A stretch of DNA of 64,000 nucleotides, from the NCBI GenBank assembly GCA_964352775.1, contig CAYGTK010000004.1, positions 594 through 64,593 on the forward strand, written 5' to 3'. Positions 20,601 through 30,304 of the stretch are shown one piece after another; within the stretch, counting starts at the first letter, position 1; each line of letters starts with the position of its first letter. The notes beneath the pieces were generated by a model that did not search any database, was not told where the DNA came from, and saw only the letters and a program-made list of their open reading frames with translations. The translations under genes were made by a program, and so were the position numbers. Source of the stretch: an uncultured Chitinophagaceae bacterium (GTDB taxonomy: Bacteria; Bacteroidota; Bacteroidia; Chitinophagales; CAIOSU01).

Positions 20601-22852
20601 GTACTACCAACCAAACTGGTGTATTCAATAATCTTGTAGGAACATACACAGCTACGGCTACAGATGCTAACGGTTGTTCTGCAACAACTTCTGTAACAGT
20701 CGCTGATAACCAACCTACTATTTCAGGCTCTCAAACTGCAAGTACGCCAAACAGTGCTTGTGGAACGCCTAATGGTTCTGCAACAATTACTGCAAGTGGC
20801 GGTGTTGCTCCTTATACTTATAACGATGGTTCTACTAGTAACACTACTGGTTCTTTCACCAATGTTGTAGGTATGTTCACTGTTAGCATTACTGATGCTA
20901 ATGGATGTACTGGTTCTGTAATGGCAAATGTTGTAGATAATGCTACTACACTAACGGTTACACAATCTACTAGCACACCTAACACAGCTTGTGGAACGCC
21001 TAACGGTGCTGTAACACTTACAGCTAGTGGTGGTGCTGCTCCGTATACTTATAACGATGGTGCTTCAAGCAACACATCTGGAGTATTCAATGGAGTTGTT
21101 GGTACATTCACAGTTACTGTAACTGATGTTAACGGTTGTACTGGCTCTACATCTGCTAGCGTAGCTGACAATGCTACTGTTGTAAGCTTAACTGCTACTT
21201 CAAACACACCTAATACATCTTGTTTAACGCCTAATGGTGCATTAACTGTTACTGCAAGTGCTGGAACAGCTCCTTACACCTATACTGCAAGTGGTTCTAG
21301 TAATACTACAGGTTCTTTCACAGGACTTGTTGGTATGATCAATGTAACTGTGGTAGATGCTAATGGATGTGCAGGGTCATTAATGGTAACGGTAGCAGAC
21401 AACACGCCTACCATTAACGTAAACACAACACCTACGGCTAACACTTCGTGCGGAACGCCTAACGGTGCTGTTTCTACAAACTCATCAAGTGGTACTGCGC
21501 CTTATACTTATGACCTTGATGGTGATATTAACACCACTGGTTCATTCGGTTCTTTAGCTCCAAACACCTACACGGTAGATGTTACTGATGCTAATGGATG
21601 TACTGCCTCTTCAACATTCACTATTGCTAACAACGCACCTACTTCATTAACGGTTACTGAATCGGCAAACACTCCAAGTACATCTTGTGGTGCGCCTGAT
21701 GGGTCAGTTACTGCTTCTGCAACTGGTGGTACTGCACCTTACACGTATACTGCTCAAGGTTCTTCTAACAACAATGGAACATTCAGCAATACTGTTGGCT
21801 CGTTCAATATAAGTGTAGTTGATGCTTTAGGTTGTACAGGAACACTTTCTGTAACTATTGCTGATAATGCGCCTACAATAACTGTTACGGAAGTACCAGG
21901 TAGTAGAGAGCCAAACACGTCTTGTGATGCTAATAACAGAAATGGTGAAGTAAGTATTTCAGCTTCTGGCGGTACTGCACCTTATACTTATTTAGATGCA
22001 GCATCTGGTAACTCGAACACCAATGGTGTATTTGACGAACTATTCGGTTCAGTATCTTTCAATATAACTGACGCTAACGGTTGTACAGGAACTATTACTA
22101 TAGCTATTACAGATAACTCTGGAACACTTACAGTAACAGAATCTGCTAAGAGCCCTAACACGAGTTGTGCTACTCCTAATGGAAGTGTTACACTAGGTGT
22201 TTCTGGTGGAAGCTCTCCTTACACATACTCTGATGGTAACTCAACAGGGCCTAACAACCAATTTGATGGTTTATCAGGCGGAAACTTTAGCGTAACGGTT
22301 ACTGATGCTACTGGTTGTACTGGTACTATCACAGCAACCATTAACAGCAATACTGCCAGCCCTACAGTAACTGTAGCTACTACAGATGAAACTAGTTCTG
22401 CTACTGCCGACGGTTCTGCTACTGCAACTGGTGCAGATGGTACTACTCCATACACTTATAGCTGGTCTAACGGTGGCTCTGGTGCTGCAATTACAAGCTT
22501 AACTGGTGGACCTTACTCAGTAACAGTTACTGATGCTAATGGATGTACTGGAACTGCTGGTTTCGTAATTGGAACTGGTGTAGGAATTGACGGTATCGAT
22601 AACTTGATCGGCTTTGAATTGTTCCCTAACCCAACTAGCGGTATGGTAACTATTAAAGTAGCTTTAGGTAATGCAGAAGAAGTGAACATCGAATGGATGA
22701 ACATCCTAGGTGAGCGCATTACTGTAGAGAACTTCAGCAACACAACTAACATCGATCAGCAATTTGATCTAAGTGGTGTGGCTAAAGGAATTTACTTAGC
22801 TAAGATCACTGTTGGAGACAAAGTAAAAGTAGAAAAGGTGATAGTAAAATAA
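17699..22852 (+). CDS. Giant T9SS-secreted surface protein: choice-of-anchor-J-like N-terminal domain, PKD domain, 11 tandem SprB-like repeats, type A CTD
   Basis: Signal peptide ..FTSPATAQ. N-terminal FSEDFSS..TEGWF block. PKD-like segment VDFSGTPTTVTVGGTVDFTDLSTGSPTQWAWLFPG..NTVGQFAVSLEASN. Repeats of the form TPNTSCGTPNGS.TV...GG.APYTY.DGS..N..G.F...VG.F.VTVTDANGC. C-terminal FPNPTSGMVTIKV..GIYLAKI tail. Confidence 0.85.
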   Translation: MRTTLLRVSATLVLALALFTSPATAQVIFSEDFSSIPLNADGYATAASQGFTAINVDGTAPDLGNANGSGIPFPTEGWFISGSGLGGDTALISTSWISPAGQVDRYVALPQLTMGTNNQLRWTARSADGGFLETYEVRISTTTPTEAGFLANPAIATITNELDVDNPRSLFIPSTYDNQPVFIAFRNISDDKFWIVLSELEVEINLAASNDIGISSIFTGEYTSYAESQIRPIPISAEVENLGANNATNVQVRLDILEISNAPVNVLTQTTITNPTIAPGNTNVFNFPNWTPTDTGAYFIRFITSMTQTDGNTTNDTASTFILVDEETFARDDAILFGSVDGNLGFGVNAAGADIGNTFELTASDDLQSVTFFVSTADIGNTISANVYNFSPTTGVGTLVASTVTQNIVTAADTAGLYELAIAGGAVTLPAGQYFIGVRGANQVGLNDNNYTPGTIWGGDPVGGFFQLDTITGQNFAGAFLIWANLNTTSTAVAPVVDFSGTPTTVTVGGTVDFTDLSTGSPTQWAWLFPGSVQAASTAQNPTGITYNTVGQFAVSLEASNATGSDIETKNLYINVIAGGGPCANPDTLNYPLVNATAASLFGAGTGFVSGTNAANLQVGQYYPGSGNVESVSIWFGYKDIIGAPDNYDLSVYAVGLDSLPVGAPLASITLNSATIDTSAQFATGFSDFIFSPAPAVTNGFVIAMEVDGPAKNDTLVIVSNGQNDAGGNGAGVLQTNTGVWAKSRNFWSFGPGNPADFDLFMFPVLCPSTVPTCNVTVSETANTDNTSCNGTPSGSYTVTAAGGTAPYTYNNGTASNNNGIFVGATGAYSITVTDALACTATISGTVAAIPATVNANVSAVTPNTSCGAPNGSYTVVGSNGAGQYTYTDGSTTNSNGIFTGVVGAFSVTVTDANGCSETTSGTVADNQPNITVTESANTPNTSCGTPNGSFTVVGGNGAAPYTYSDGSTTNQTGVFNNLVGTYTATATDANGCSATTSVTVADNQPTISGSQTASTPNSACGTPNGSATITASGGVAPYTYNDGSTSNTTGSFTNVVGMFTVSITDANGCTGSVMANVVDNATTLTVTQSTSTPNTACGTPNGAVTLTASGGAAPYTYNDGASSNTSGVFNGVVGTFTVTVTDVNGCTGSTSASVADNATVVSLTATSNTPNTSCLTPNGALTVTASAGTAPYTYTASGSSNTTGSFTGLVGMINVTVVDANGCAGSLMVTVADNTPTINVNTTPTANTSCGTPNGAVSTNSSSGTAPYTYDLDGDINTTGSFGSLAPNTYTVDVTDANGCTASSTFTIANNAPTSLTVTESANTPSTSCGAPDGSVTASATGGTAPYTYTAQGSSNNNGTFSNTVGSFNISVVDALGCTGTLSVTIADNAPTITVTEVPGSREPNTSCDANNRNGEVSISASGGTAPYTYLDAASGNSNTNGVFDELFGSVSFNITDANGCTGTITIAITDNSGTLTVTESAKSPNTSCATPNGSVTLGVSGGSSPYTYSDGNSTGPNNQFDGLSGGNFSVTVTDATGCTGTITATINSNTASPTVTVATTDETSSATADGSATATGADGTTPYTYSWSNGGSGAAITSLTGGPYSVTVTDANGCTGTAGFVIGTGVGIDGIDNLIGFELFPNPTSGMVTIKVALGNAEEVNIEWMNILGERITVENFSNTTNIDQQFDLSGVAKGIYLAKITVGDKVKVEKVIVK
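20018..22570 (+). repeat. Tandem array of 11 coding repeats (~77 aa / ~231 bp each), SprB-repeat-like
   Basis: I parsed the translated sequence by hand. Each unit runs from (A)DN.PT..VT to TD(A/V)NGC......V. Successive units such as 20470 and 20701 begin with the same gctgataaccaacct string. Confidence 0.85.
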
Positions 22853-22872
22853 CATCACCAGCTTTTAAGCAT

Positions 22873-22907
22873 AAAAAAAGGCCTCCGAATTATCGGAGGC
22901 CTTTTTT
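22873..22907. terminator. Bidirectional Rho-independent terminator between the adhesin gene and bcp
   Basis: aaaaaaaGGCCTCCGAattaTCGGAGGCCtttttt. Perfect 9-bp GC-rich stem with a 4-nt loop, an A-run upstream and a T-run downstream. It lies between convergent genes. Confidence 0.85.
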
Positions 22908-22957
22908 ATTTAGCGTACTTCTTAAAATAGAATTAGTCCGTATAGTTTCATTGAGCC

Positions 22958-23428
22958 TTAATTAACGGCAGCTAGTTCTTCTAGTAATTGAGCCGTAGCT
23001 TCTTTAGTTTTCACTTTCTTAATAACCAACTCGATATTCCCCGTTTCATCTATTACAAATGTAGTTCGGTGGGTGCCATCATACTCACGGCCCATAAACT
23101 TCTTCAAGCCCCATACTTCGTATGCATTATGCACGGCTTTATCTTCATCACTTATTAGGGCAAAAGGCAAGTCGTATTTAGCAATGAATTTCTGATGCTT
23201 CTTCTCTGGGTCTGGACTTACACCTATCACCTCAAAACCTTTTGCTTGTAGCGAAGTATAGTTATCTCTAAAATCGCAAGCCTCTTTAGTACAGCCAGGC
23301 GTGTCATCTTTAGGGTAGAAGTAAAGCACTACCTTTTTCCCTTTGTAGTCGCTTAGGTTAATAATGTTTCCTTCTTGGTCTTTGGCCGAGAATTCAGGGG
23401 CCTTATCGCCCTCTTTTAATGTTGTCAT
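22958..23428 (-). CDS. bcp: Thioredoxin-dependent thiol peroxidase (peroxiredoxin Q / Bcp)
   Basis: 156 aa. KVVLYFYPKDDTPGCTKEAC active-site block is typical of Bcp. Confidence 0.9.
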   Translation of the reverse strand: MTTLKEGDKAPEFSAKDQEGNIINLSDYKGKKVVLYFYPKDDTPGCTKEACDFRDNYTSLQAKGFEVIGVSPDPEKKHQKFIAKYDLPFALISDEDKAVHNAYEVWGLKKFMGREYDGTHRTTFVIDETGNIELVIKKVKTKEATAQLLEELAAVN

Positions 23429-23432
23429 CTGT

Positions 23433-25163
23433 TTACTGCTTAAATTTTAACTTAAGAATTGTTCTATTATCTACCTCATCGGTAACTTTTAGAACAAATT
23501 CATGCTCACCCTGTTCAAGCGGCCGCTGCAAATTTTCGAATAGAAAATGAAGTCGAGCATTCTTAGCGTCGTATTCTACCAGTACCCAAGTACCATCTAC
23601 ATGGGCCGAATAAGTATTAATGCCCGACAAATTATCTACTGCTTTTATGCTAAAACCCTTACTCAGCCCTATGGCAGCTCCGCTAACTATGCTTGCGGTT
23701 AACTTTGGGGCTACGGTGTCTACCGCAAGGTAATAATCGCCAATATTACGGGTACGTATGGTATATTCATCTCCATTTAACTTGCCTTTTATTGCATCGC
23801 GGCTTCTGCCATTATCGTAAATAGCTACTGCCTTATTCGTTAAGTCGTTAGGTAAACAAACGGGACTGATAGACAGGTCAAAGTATTTGTGAGATGCTAC
23901 AGCGCTAGATCGAAGTTGATGTACCTCGGATAGTGGACTGCGTTTATCATCATTTTTAGCTTGATAGGAAAAATAGGTGTCTTCATAAAAAGAGCCTTTC
24001 GGGAATACCACTTTCATGTTTTCATTTGAAAAGCTATTATCCATGTTGTAAGGCATGTGCTCGGTCAATTGATGATGGTCGATATGAAAGGCTGATGCTT
24101 TATCTGAATACTTCAGCACGATCTTCATCTCCTCCTCGTTCCCAAAAATATCGCTTACGCCAAATAGCACTTCAACTGGTTTACCTGGCTCAAGGGCTAT
24201 CAAACCTTTGTTTACAATGGTATCATATACGCCAAGGCGGTTACCAGGTAATTGAAAGAAGCGTTGAAGTTTAATACGTTTATCCTGCTTTACCTTATGG
24301 TCAATATGTGCGTTGATGTAGCGCGTTTCGTGAAATGCGAACCTATCCATCTTAAAATGATAGATAGTGCCTCCATTTGCCTTCAAGCTAGCCTCATAAA
24401 TACCATTTACATTGTTTGCTCCATTAGCCTTATCAAAGGTTTCTAAACCGAGGCCTACCCTTTTAGCATTAACGTACAATGTATCCTTGTTGATAGAATA
24501 CCTTCCATTACTATTGGTAACGGTGTATCGTTTAGGGTCGGGGCTTAGGTCTTCTTCGCTTCTATCATACACCCATAAGGTCTTCAACCAAGGGCTGATG
24601 TCGTCCTTTACTTCAAAACCATAAAGCAGAGGGTTTAAAGGTTCCTGTGTTTTTTGGTCACGCACCTCAAAATGCAAGTGTGGTCCTGAAGACCCACCAG
24701 TATTGCCTGAATAGGCTATCACATTTCCCTTTCCTAATCTAATGGTAGTAGCATCAAAGTATTGATCGATAGCAAAACTGCGTTTTGCGTATTGAATGTT
24801 ACGAACCACTTGCTCAATGTATGGGCTGAACTTTTTCAAGTGCGCATACACAGTAGTAGTACCATTTGGGTGATTGACATAAATAGCCTTCCCAAAACCA
24901 TAGGGAGAGATCTTTACACGCGATACGTAGCCGTCGGCTACTACATATACAGGTAAGCCCTCACGGCCTTGCGTTTTTATATCAATACCCGAGTGGAAAT
25001 GATTACCTCTTAGTTCACCAAAGGTACCAGCCAAAAAAAGCGGAATATCTAGCGGAGAACGGAAATATCCTGGTCTGGAATTATAATCATCAGCAGGCGT
25101 ATAGCTTACCAACGAAACACAAACAGTAAGTAGTACTAAAAGGAGAAGTTTCGATCGCATCAT
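23433..25163 (-). CDS. M23 family metallopeptidase (LytM-like) with a large C-terminal extension
   Basis: Signal/anchor segment. HFHSGIDIKT and GNTGGSSGPHLHFEVR are M23 zinc-site motifs. About 380 further residues are of unknown fold. Confidence 0.8.
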   Translation of the reverse strand: MMRSKLLLLVLLTVCVSLVSYTPADDYNSRPGYFRSPLDIPLFLAGTFGELRGNHFHSGIDIKTQGREGLPVYVVADGYVSRVKISPYGFGKAIYVNHPNGTTTVYAHLKKFSPYIEQVVRNIQYAKRSFAIDQYFDATTIRLGKGNVIAYSGNTGGSSGPHLHFEVRDQKTQEPLNPLLYGFEVKDDISPWLKTLWVYDRSEEDLSPDPKRYTVTNSNGRYSINKDTLYVNAKRVGLGLETFDKANGANNVNGIYEASLKANGGTIYHFKMDRFAFHETRYINAHIDHKVKQDKRIKLQRFFQLPGNRLGVYDTIVNKGLIALEPGKPVEVLFGVSDIFGNEEEMKIVLKYSDKASAFHIDHHQLTEHMPYNMDNSFSNENMKVVFPKGSFYEDTYFSYQAKNDDKRSPLSEVHQLRSSAVASHKYFDLSISPVCLPNDLTNKAVAIYDNGRSRDAIKGKLNGDEYTIRTRNIGDYYLAVDTVAPKLTASIVSGAAIGLSKGFSIKAVDNLSGINTYSAHVDGTWVLVEYDAKNARLHFLFENLQRPLEQGEHEFVLKVTDEVDNRTILKLKFKQ

Positions 25164-25867
25164 TAAAAGTTCGGGCGCAGTTCGTGGTCATCTTTATAGA
25201 AATCGCTCACAGCTTTTACAGCTTCATTTACATCATCGGTCAGGGTAAATAGCTCCATATCAATAGGGTTGATGTTGCCCTCAACTGCCATTGTATTGTT
25301 CAGCCAATCGAGCAAACCTGCCCAATATTTTTTACCCATCATTACTATAGGTACTTTATCTATTTTTTTAGTCTGAATTAGTGTAAGGCTTTCGAATAAT
25401 TCGTCCATTGTGCCGAAGCCACCAGGCAGTAGAATTATAGCCTGCGCATATTTCACGAACATCACCTTGCGAATAAAGAAATAGTTGAAGGTGATCAACT
25501 TTTCAGGATCTACATATGGGTTGGCAAATTGCTCCATTGGGATATCAATATTCAATCCAACCGATTTACCACCAGCCTCTTGTGCGCCTTTATTGGCCGC
25601 TTCCATAATTCCAGGTCCGCCACCTGTTATTATACCGTAGCCCTCATTGGTGAATTCTTTAGCTACCTCTACCCCCATTTTGTAATACTCATTCTCGGGG
25701 TCAGTTCTAGCCGAGCCAAAAATAGATACGCAGGGGCCTATTTTGCTCATTTTCTCAAAACCCTCTACAAACTCGCTCATTATCTTGAATATCGTCCAAG
25801 ATGATTCTGCTTTGAGTTTCGTCCAGTGTTTCGGGTTGTATTTATGTTCTTCTGTCATAGTTTTCAC
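25163..25867 (-). CDS. LOG family / TIGR00730 Rossmann-fold nucleotide-binding protein
   Basis: ITGGGPGIMEAANKGA and LLPGGFGTMDELFE are the hallmark LOG motifs. Confidence 0.85.
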   Translation of the reverse strand: MKTMTEEHKYNPKHWTKLKAESSWTIFKIMSEFVEGFEKMSKIGPCVSIFGSARTDPENEYYKMGVEVAKEFTNEGYGIITGGGPGIMEAANKGAQEAGGKSVGLNIDIPMEQFANPYVDPEKLITFNYFFIRKVMFVKYAQAIILLPGGFGTMDELFESLTLIQTKKIDKVPIVMMGKKYWAGLLDWLNNTMAVEGNINPIDMELFTLTDDVNEAVKAVSDFYKDDHELRPNF

Positions 25868-27326
25868 TTTTACTTATTAATAGTAGGCCCAAAAAGGTAA
25901 GGGCCCCATTTATAGCTATAATTTCTAGGCCAAATTGGTAGCCTTCTTCATTTAGTTTCAGCAATTCATTCAATAGGTATATCAAAACGGGTGCCACAAA
26001 GCAAACAGCTAGAATTCCTGCGCCTTTCACCATGCGTTTAGTGAACATGCCGAAGCTGAATAATCCCAGAAGTGGCCCATAAGTATAACCAGCAGCCTTA
26101 AATAGCTCCCATATCAAACTCTCTCCTTCATTCATCCTGTTGAACACCACAATGACCAAAAAGATCAAGACCGACATGGCAACATGCACTATTTTTCGAG
26201 TACGTTCTTGCTGCTTTTCTTCCTGTTTATCCGTCTCTAAAAGATCGATGCAAACAGATGTGGTTAAAGCTGTTAGGGCTGAATCAGCGCTAGAGTATGC
26301 TGCGGCTATCAGGCCCAGCAAAAAGGTAACGCCCAACCATGGCGAAATGTTACCCTGCAAAGCAATAGTAGGGAATAATTTATCAGCGCCTCTACTTTCG
26401 CCAGCCATTAGCTCTACAATTTCAGGGTGTGCATCTGTATACAGATATAGTAAACCACCTAAGGCTAAAAAGGCAATATTAACCGCAAAAAGCACACCGC
26501 TGAAGCTGATCATATTCCATTGAGCTTCTTTCAAATTCTTGCAGCTTAAGTTCTTCTGCATCATATCCTGATCTAGCCCCGTCATACATATAGTGATGAA
26601 CGCCCCGGCAATAATCTGTTTAATGAAATAATTCGATGCTAAATAGTTTTCCGTAAAAAACCATTGGCCCATATCAGCATCACGAATGGCGGGCATTACA
26701 GAAGAAACACTAAGGTCTAGATCTCCCATGATGTGATGGATGCTCAAGCCTAAGGCTAATAGCATAAAGAAAGTCTGCAGGGTATCGGTCCAAACAATAG
26801 TTTTTATTCCACCCTTAGCGGTATATACCCATATCAAGAATATGGATAGGGCTACTGTTAACTCAAACGGAACTCCCAAGGCATCGAACACAAAGGTCTG
26901 CAGCACAAGCGCGACTAAGAATAATCGCAGAGAAGCACCAATTACACGAGAGATAAGAAAATAGATAGCCCCCGTTCTATAGGCCCAATTATCAAACCGC
27001 TGCTGTAAGTAGGTGTATATGGAAGTAACGTTGAGTCGGTAGTATAAGGGCAACAGCACATAGGCTACCACCAAATAACCTATCAAGTAGCCAATAACCA
27101 CCTGCATGTAACCGAACTGCGATTTTTCTACCGTGCCGGGAATGGAAATAAAGGTGATGCCTGAAAGCGAAGTGCCTATCATACCAAAAGCTACCAGGTA
27201 CCACTTAGAGTTTCTGTCGCCTACGTAGAAACTCTCATTAGTCGCATTTCTACTGGTGAAGTACGACACCAACAGCAGCACTAAAAAGTAGCCTACTACA
27301 ATGGATAATATGAGTAATGGAGACAT
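25842..27326 (-). CDS. Sodium:solute symporter family transporter
   Basis: 494 aa, about 13 TM helices with SSF-like organisation. Its 3' end overlaps the LOG gene start by 26 nt. Confidence 0.75.
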   Translation of the reverse strand: MSPLLILSIVVGYFLVLLLVSYFTSRNATNESFYVGDRNSKWYLVAFGMIGTSLSGITFISIPGTVEKSQFGYMQVVIGYLIGYLVVAYVLLPLYYRLNVTSIYTYLQQRFDNWAYRTGAIYFLISRVIGASLRLFLVALVLQTFVFDALGVPFELTVALSIFLIWVYTAKGGIKTIVWTDTLQTFFMLLALGLSIHHIMGDLDLSVSSVMPAIRDADMGQWFFTENYLASNYFIKQIIAGAFITICMTGLDQDMMQKNLSCKNLKEAQWNMISFSGVLFAVNIAFLALGGLLYLYTDAHPEIVELMAGESRGADKLFPTIALQGNISPWLGVTFLLGLIAAAYSSADSALTALTTSVCIDLLETDKQEEKQQERTRKIVHVAMSVLIFLVIVVFNRMNEGESLIWELFKAAGYTYGPLLGLFSFGMFTKRMVKGAGILAVCFVAPVLIYLLNELLKLNEEGYQFGLEIIAINGALTFLGLLLISKSENYDRRT

Positions 27327-27377
27327 GCCTTAAAGAAACGAATTGCCCAGCAAGAAAATTCTGGGTTTATGAACAAC

Positions 27378-28400
27378 TTATTTGCCCGATAATCGCTGCT
27401 GCCAAGCCCAAGCAGAACGCATCATAGTATCGATGTCGTGATTGGTTTGCCATTTTAACTCGGTACTAGCTTTAGTATTATCAGCATATATAGCTACCAC
27501 ATCACCTTCCCGGCGGCCGGCCATATCATAAGTCAACTTTTTGCCGCTTACTTTCTCAAAGGCTGCTATTAGCTCTAACACGGTCAATCCATCGCCGGAG
27601 CCTAAGTTATAGGCTTCTGTCTGCTCCGGCTGCTCATCGTTGAAGAGTTTCATTAAGGCCAGTGTGTGTGCGTGGGCAATATCGCTCACGTGGACGTAGT
27701 CACGAATACAAGAACCATCACGGGTAGGGTAATCGCTACCATACACTGCCATTTTTTCTCGTTTCCCTATTGCCGTTTGGGTAATAATGGGTACAAGGTT
27801 CTCTGGTTTATCTTCAGCATACTCTCCAATTTCAGCTGTTGGATGTGCTCCAACGGGATTAAAATACCGAAGTAAAGTGAACTTAGCATTTGGTCGAGTG
27901 CTAGCCGAGTCGTGGATGATGCCTTCCCCCATTTGTTTGGTACGTGCGTAAGGAGAGCGTGCTTCATTCCATGGGGTAGACTCAGTTACTGGCAATTGCT
28001 CTGCATCGCCATATACCGAGCAAGAGGAAGAAAAAACAAAAGCATTAATATCATTCTCTTCCGCTACTTGCAACACATTGATAAGCGAGCTAAGATTATT
28101 CTGGAAATACTTTAGTGGCTCTCTTGCTGATTCGCCCACTAGCTTTAAAGCGGCAAAATGAATTATACCGTCTACTTGCCCCTCTTCTGCCATAACTGAC
28201 CGTAATGCCTGTATATCGCATAGGTCGATGGCGTAATTTTTCACTTTTTTGCCTGTAATGGCCTTAATACCATCTAGAGCTCTTTCTGATCCATTAACAA
28301 GACTATCAATGGAGAACACCTCAAAATCGTTTTCTATAAGATCGACCAAAGTGTGTGAGCCAATATAGCCACACCCGCCGGTCACCAACACTTTAGGCAT
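27378..28400 (-). CDS. galE: UDP-glucose 4-epimerase
   Basis: VLVTGGCGYIGSH Rossmann motif, SSSCSVYG, YARTK (YxxxK) and the overall GalE pattern. Confidence 0.85.
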   Translation of the reverse strand: MPKVLVTGGCGYIGSHTLVDLIENDFEVFSIDSLVNGSERALDGIKAITGKKVKNYAIDLCDIQALRSVMAEEGQVDGIIHFAALKLVGESAREPLKYFQNNLSSLINVLQVAEENDINAFVFSSSCSVYGDAEQLPVTESTPWNEARSPYARTKQMGEGIIHDSASTRPNAKFTLLRYFNPVGAHPTAEIGEYAEDKPENLVPIITQTAIGKREKMAVYGSDYPTRDGSCIRDYVHVSDIAHAHTLALMKLFNDEQPEQTEAYNLGSGDGLTVLELIAAFEKVSGKKLTYDMAGRREGDVVAIYADNTKASTELKWQTNHDIDTMMRSAWAWQQRLSGK

Positions 28401-29343
28401 AAGAAAAGGTCTCTTTAAACCACTCCGAACCCATTACATCGCGAATACCTTTTTCTAAAGGAATGATCTCTTCTGTCAAAAGGTCTTTCATCTTCGTAAT
28501 ATCTGGAACACGACGCATCATATCTCCCTCCGCCAAAGGTGGAAGGTGAATGATCTTAGAGTTAGAACCTGTTACATCTATAATAAGCTGCGCTAGGTCT
28601 ACTATCGGAATTTCAACATCGCTACCGATGTTTACCGTATCGTTGATGTATTTATCATGATACAAGCAATTAGTCGTAGCAGTAATATTATCATCTACAT
28701 AACAGAATGTTCTGGTTTGCTGTCCATCGCCAAACACGGTAATATCCTCATTATCCATGGCCATCTTAATAAAGCGAGACATTACAAAGTCAGTGCTCTG
28801 TTTTGGTCCATAGGTATTGAAGAAACGATAGATAGTATAATCCAGATCGTACTCTACTTTGTATGAGCGACAGAACGCTTCACCGATGTTTTTCACTACC
28901 GCATAAGGTAGGCGTGAGTTCAATGGCGTAGTGTACTCATTCTGTGGAAGCGTAGTCGGCTCTCCGTAGACTTCTGATGAAGAAGCAAAGAAAACACGTT
29001 TTACACCTGTGTTCTTACACAATTTTAAAACATTGTCGATACCAGCAATATCGTTTAATACCATTACTGGATTCTCAAGTGTGCGTTGCACACCTACTAC
29101 TGCAGCATAATGAAATACATAGTCGAAAGAATATGACACCATTACTGGCGAAATATCATTCACATCGTTCACATCACATTTGATGAACTTCCAGTTCTTT
29201 TTATCTGGACCTGGTAAGCGAGATTTCTTTCCTGTTAAGAAGTTATCTACTATCACCACAAAGTTCTCCGGGTCTTCTATCAATTTATCTGCCAAACAGC
29301 TGGCTATAAATCCAGCTCCGCCTGTTACTAGTATCTTTCTCAT
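28393..29343 (-). CDS. NAD-dependent epimerase/dehydratase (extended SDR; UDP-sugar decarboxylase/epimerase-like)
   Basis: ILVTGGAGFIAS, ASSSEVYG, YAVVK (YxxxK). Substrate not assignable by eye. Confidence 0.8.
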   Translation of the reverse strand: MRKILVTGGAGFIASCLADKLIEDPENFVVIVDNFLTGKKSRLPGPDKKNWKFIKCDVNDVNDISPVMVSYSFDYVFHYAAVVGVQRTLENPVMVLNDIAGIDNVLKLCKNTGVKRVFFASSSEVYGEPTTLPQNEYTTPLNSRLPYAVVKNIGEAFCRSYKVEYDLDYTIYRFFNTYGPKQSTDFVMSRFIKMAMDNEDITVFGDGQQTRTFCYVDDNITATTNCLYHDKYINDTVNIGSDVEIPIVDLAQLIIDVTGSNSKIIHLPPLAEGDMMRRVPDITKMKDLLTEEIIPLEKGIRDVMGSEWFKETFSYA

Positions 29344-29344
29344 G

Positions 29345-30211
29345 TTAGTCGTTGTTTACCAAGTTGAGCAGGTATTGTCCGTAGCCGCTTTTCAGCAAGC
29401 CATTGGCCAATTCTACCAACTGTTCTTTATTTATGAAGCCCATGTTAAAGGCTACTTCTTCAATACATCCCACCTTAAGGCCTTGGCGTTGTTCTATCAC
29501 CTGAACGAACTGACTAGCCTGCATTAGTGAATCAAAAGTTCCAGTATCTAACCAAGCGGTGCCTCTGTCTAATATAGCCACTTTCAAATTGCCTCTACGC
29601 AGGTACTCCTTATTCACATCGGTTATCTCATACTCTCCACGTGGACTTGGCTCCAGCTCTTTAGCTATTTGCACTACGTCATTATCGTAAAAGTACAATC
29701 CCGGTACTGCGTAATTTGATTTGGGTTTGGTCGGCTTTTCTTCAATAGATACCGCTACATTATTTTCGTCAAACTCTACCACTCCATATCGCTCAGGGTC
29801 AGATACATGGTAGGCATATATTACACCCCCATCAGGGTCGTTATGCTCTACCAAAGTTTTACCTAGGCCCGTGCCGTAAAAGATGTTATCCCCCAGTACT
29901 AATGCCACCTTATCATCGCCAATGAACTCTTCACCAATAACAAAGGCTTGTGCTAGGCCATTGGGCACTTCTTGCACTGCATAAGTGAATTCGCAGCCTA
30001 AGCTTTTACCGTCGCCTAATAAGCGCTCAAAGTTAGGTAGGTCTATCGGGGTAGATATGATCAATATTTCACGAATGCCTGCCATCATTAAAACTGATAG
30101 CGGATAATAGATCATCGGCTTATCGTAAATAGGCATGCTTTGCTTACTGATAGCAAAGGTTATCGGGTGTAGACGAGTGCCGGAACCTCCAGCTAGTATT
30201 ATTCCTTTCAA
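29345..30211 (-). CDS. rfbA: Glucose-1-phosphate thymidylyltransferase
   Basis: [36 protein letters not shown] and the [17 protein letters not shown] blocks. Confidence 0.9.
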   Translation of the reverse strand: MKGIILAGGSGTRLHPITFAISKQSMPIYDKPMIYYPLSVLMMAGIREILIISTPIDLPNFERLLGDGKSLGCEFTYAVQEVPNGLAQAFVIGEEFIGDDKVALVLGDNIFYGTGLGKTLVEHNDPDGGVIYAYHVSDPERYGVVEFDENNVAVSIEEKPTKPKSNYAVPGLYFYDNDVVQIAKELEPSPRGEYEITDVNKEYLRRGNLKVAILDRGTAWLDTGTFDSLMQASQFVQVIEQRQGLKVGCIEEVAFNMGFINKEQLVELANGLLKSGYGQYLLNLVNND

Positions 30212-30304
30212 ACTGACAATTAGTTGATAATGGGCGGTAAAATTACGGGAACTCTACGGCACTGCGAAATGCTTGGCAATAAAGCTGTTATAAGGCTTTG
30301 TTAA

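Noticed and set aside
17824-22752. Numerous 65-143-aa antisense and out-of-frame ORFs inside the first giant adhesin gene (e.g. 18448-18879, 20315-20713), and similar ones inside the second (35768-39646).
   Set aside because: They lie entirely within long, well-supported repeat-rich CDSs. Their low-complexity translations (V/S/T/A-rich) are what reading a Thr/Gly/Asn-rich periodic gene on the wrong strand or frame produces.
25842-25867. A 26-nt same-strand overlap between the symporter 3' end and the LOG-family gene start, considered as a possible frameshift or fusion.
   Set aside because: Both proteins are complete and family-typical on their own. The overlap disappears only partly with the alternative Met (MTEEHK). 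It is consistent with simple translational coupling.
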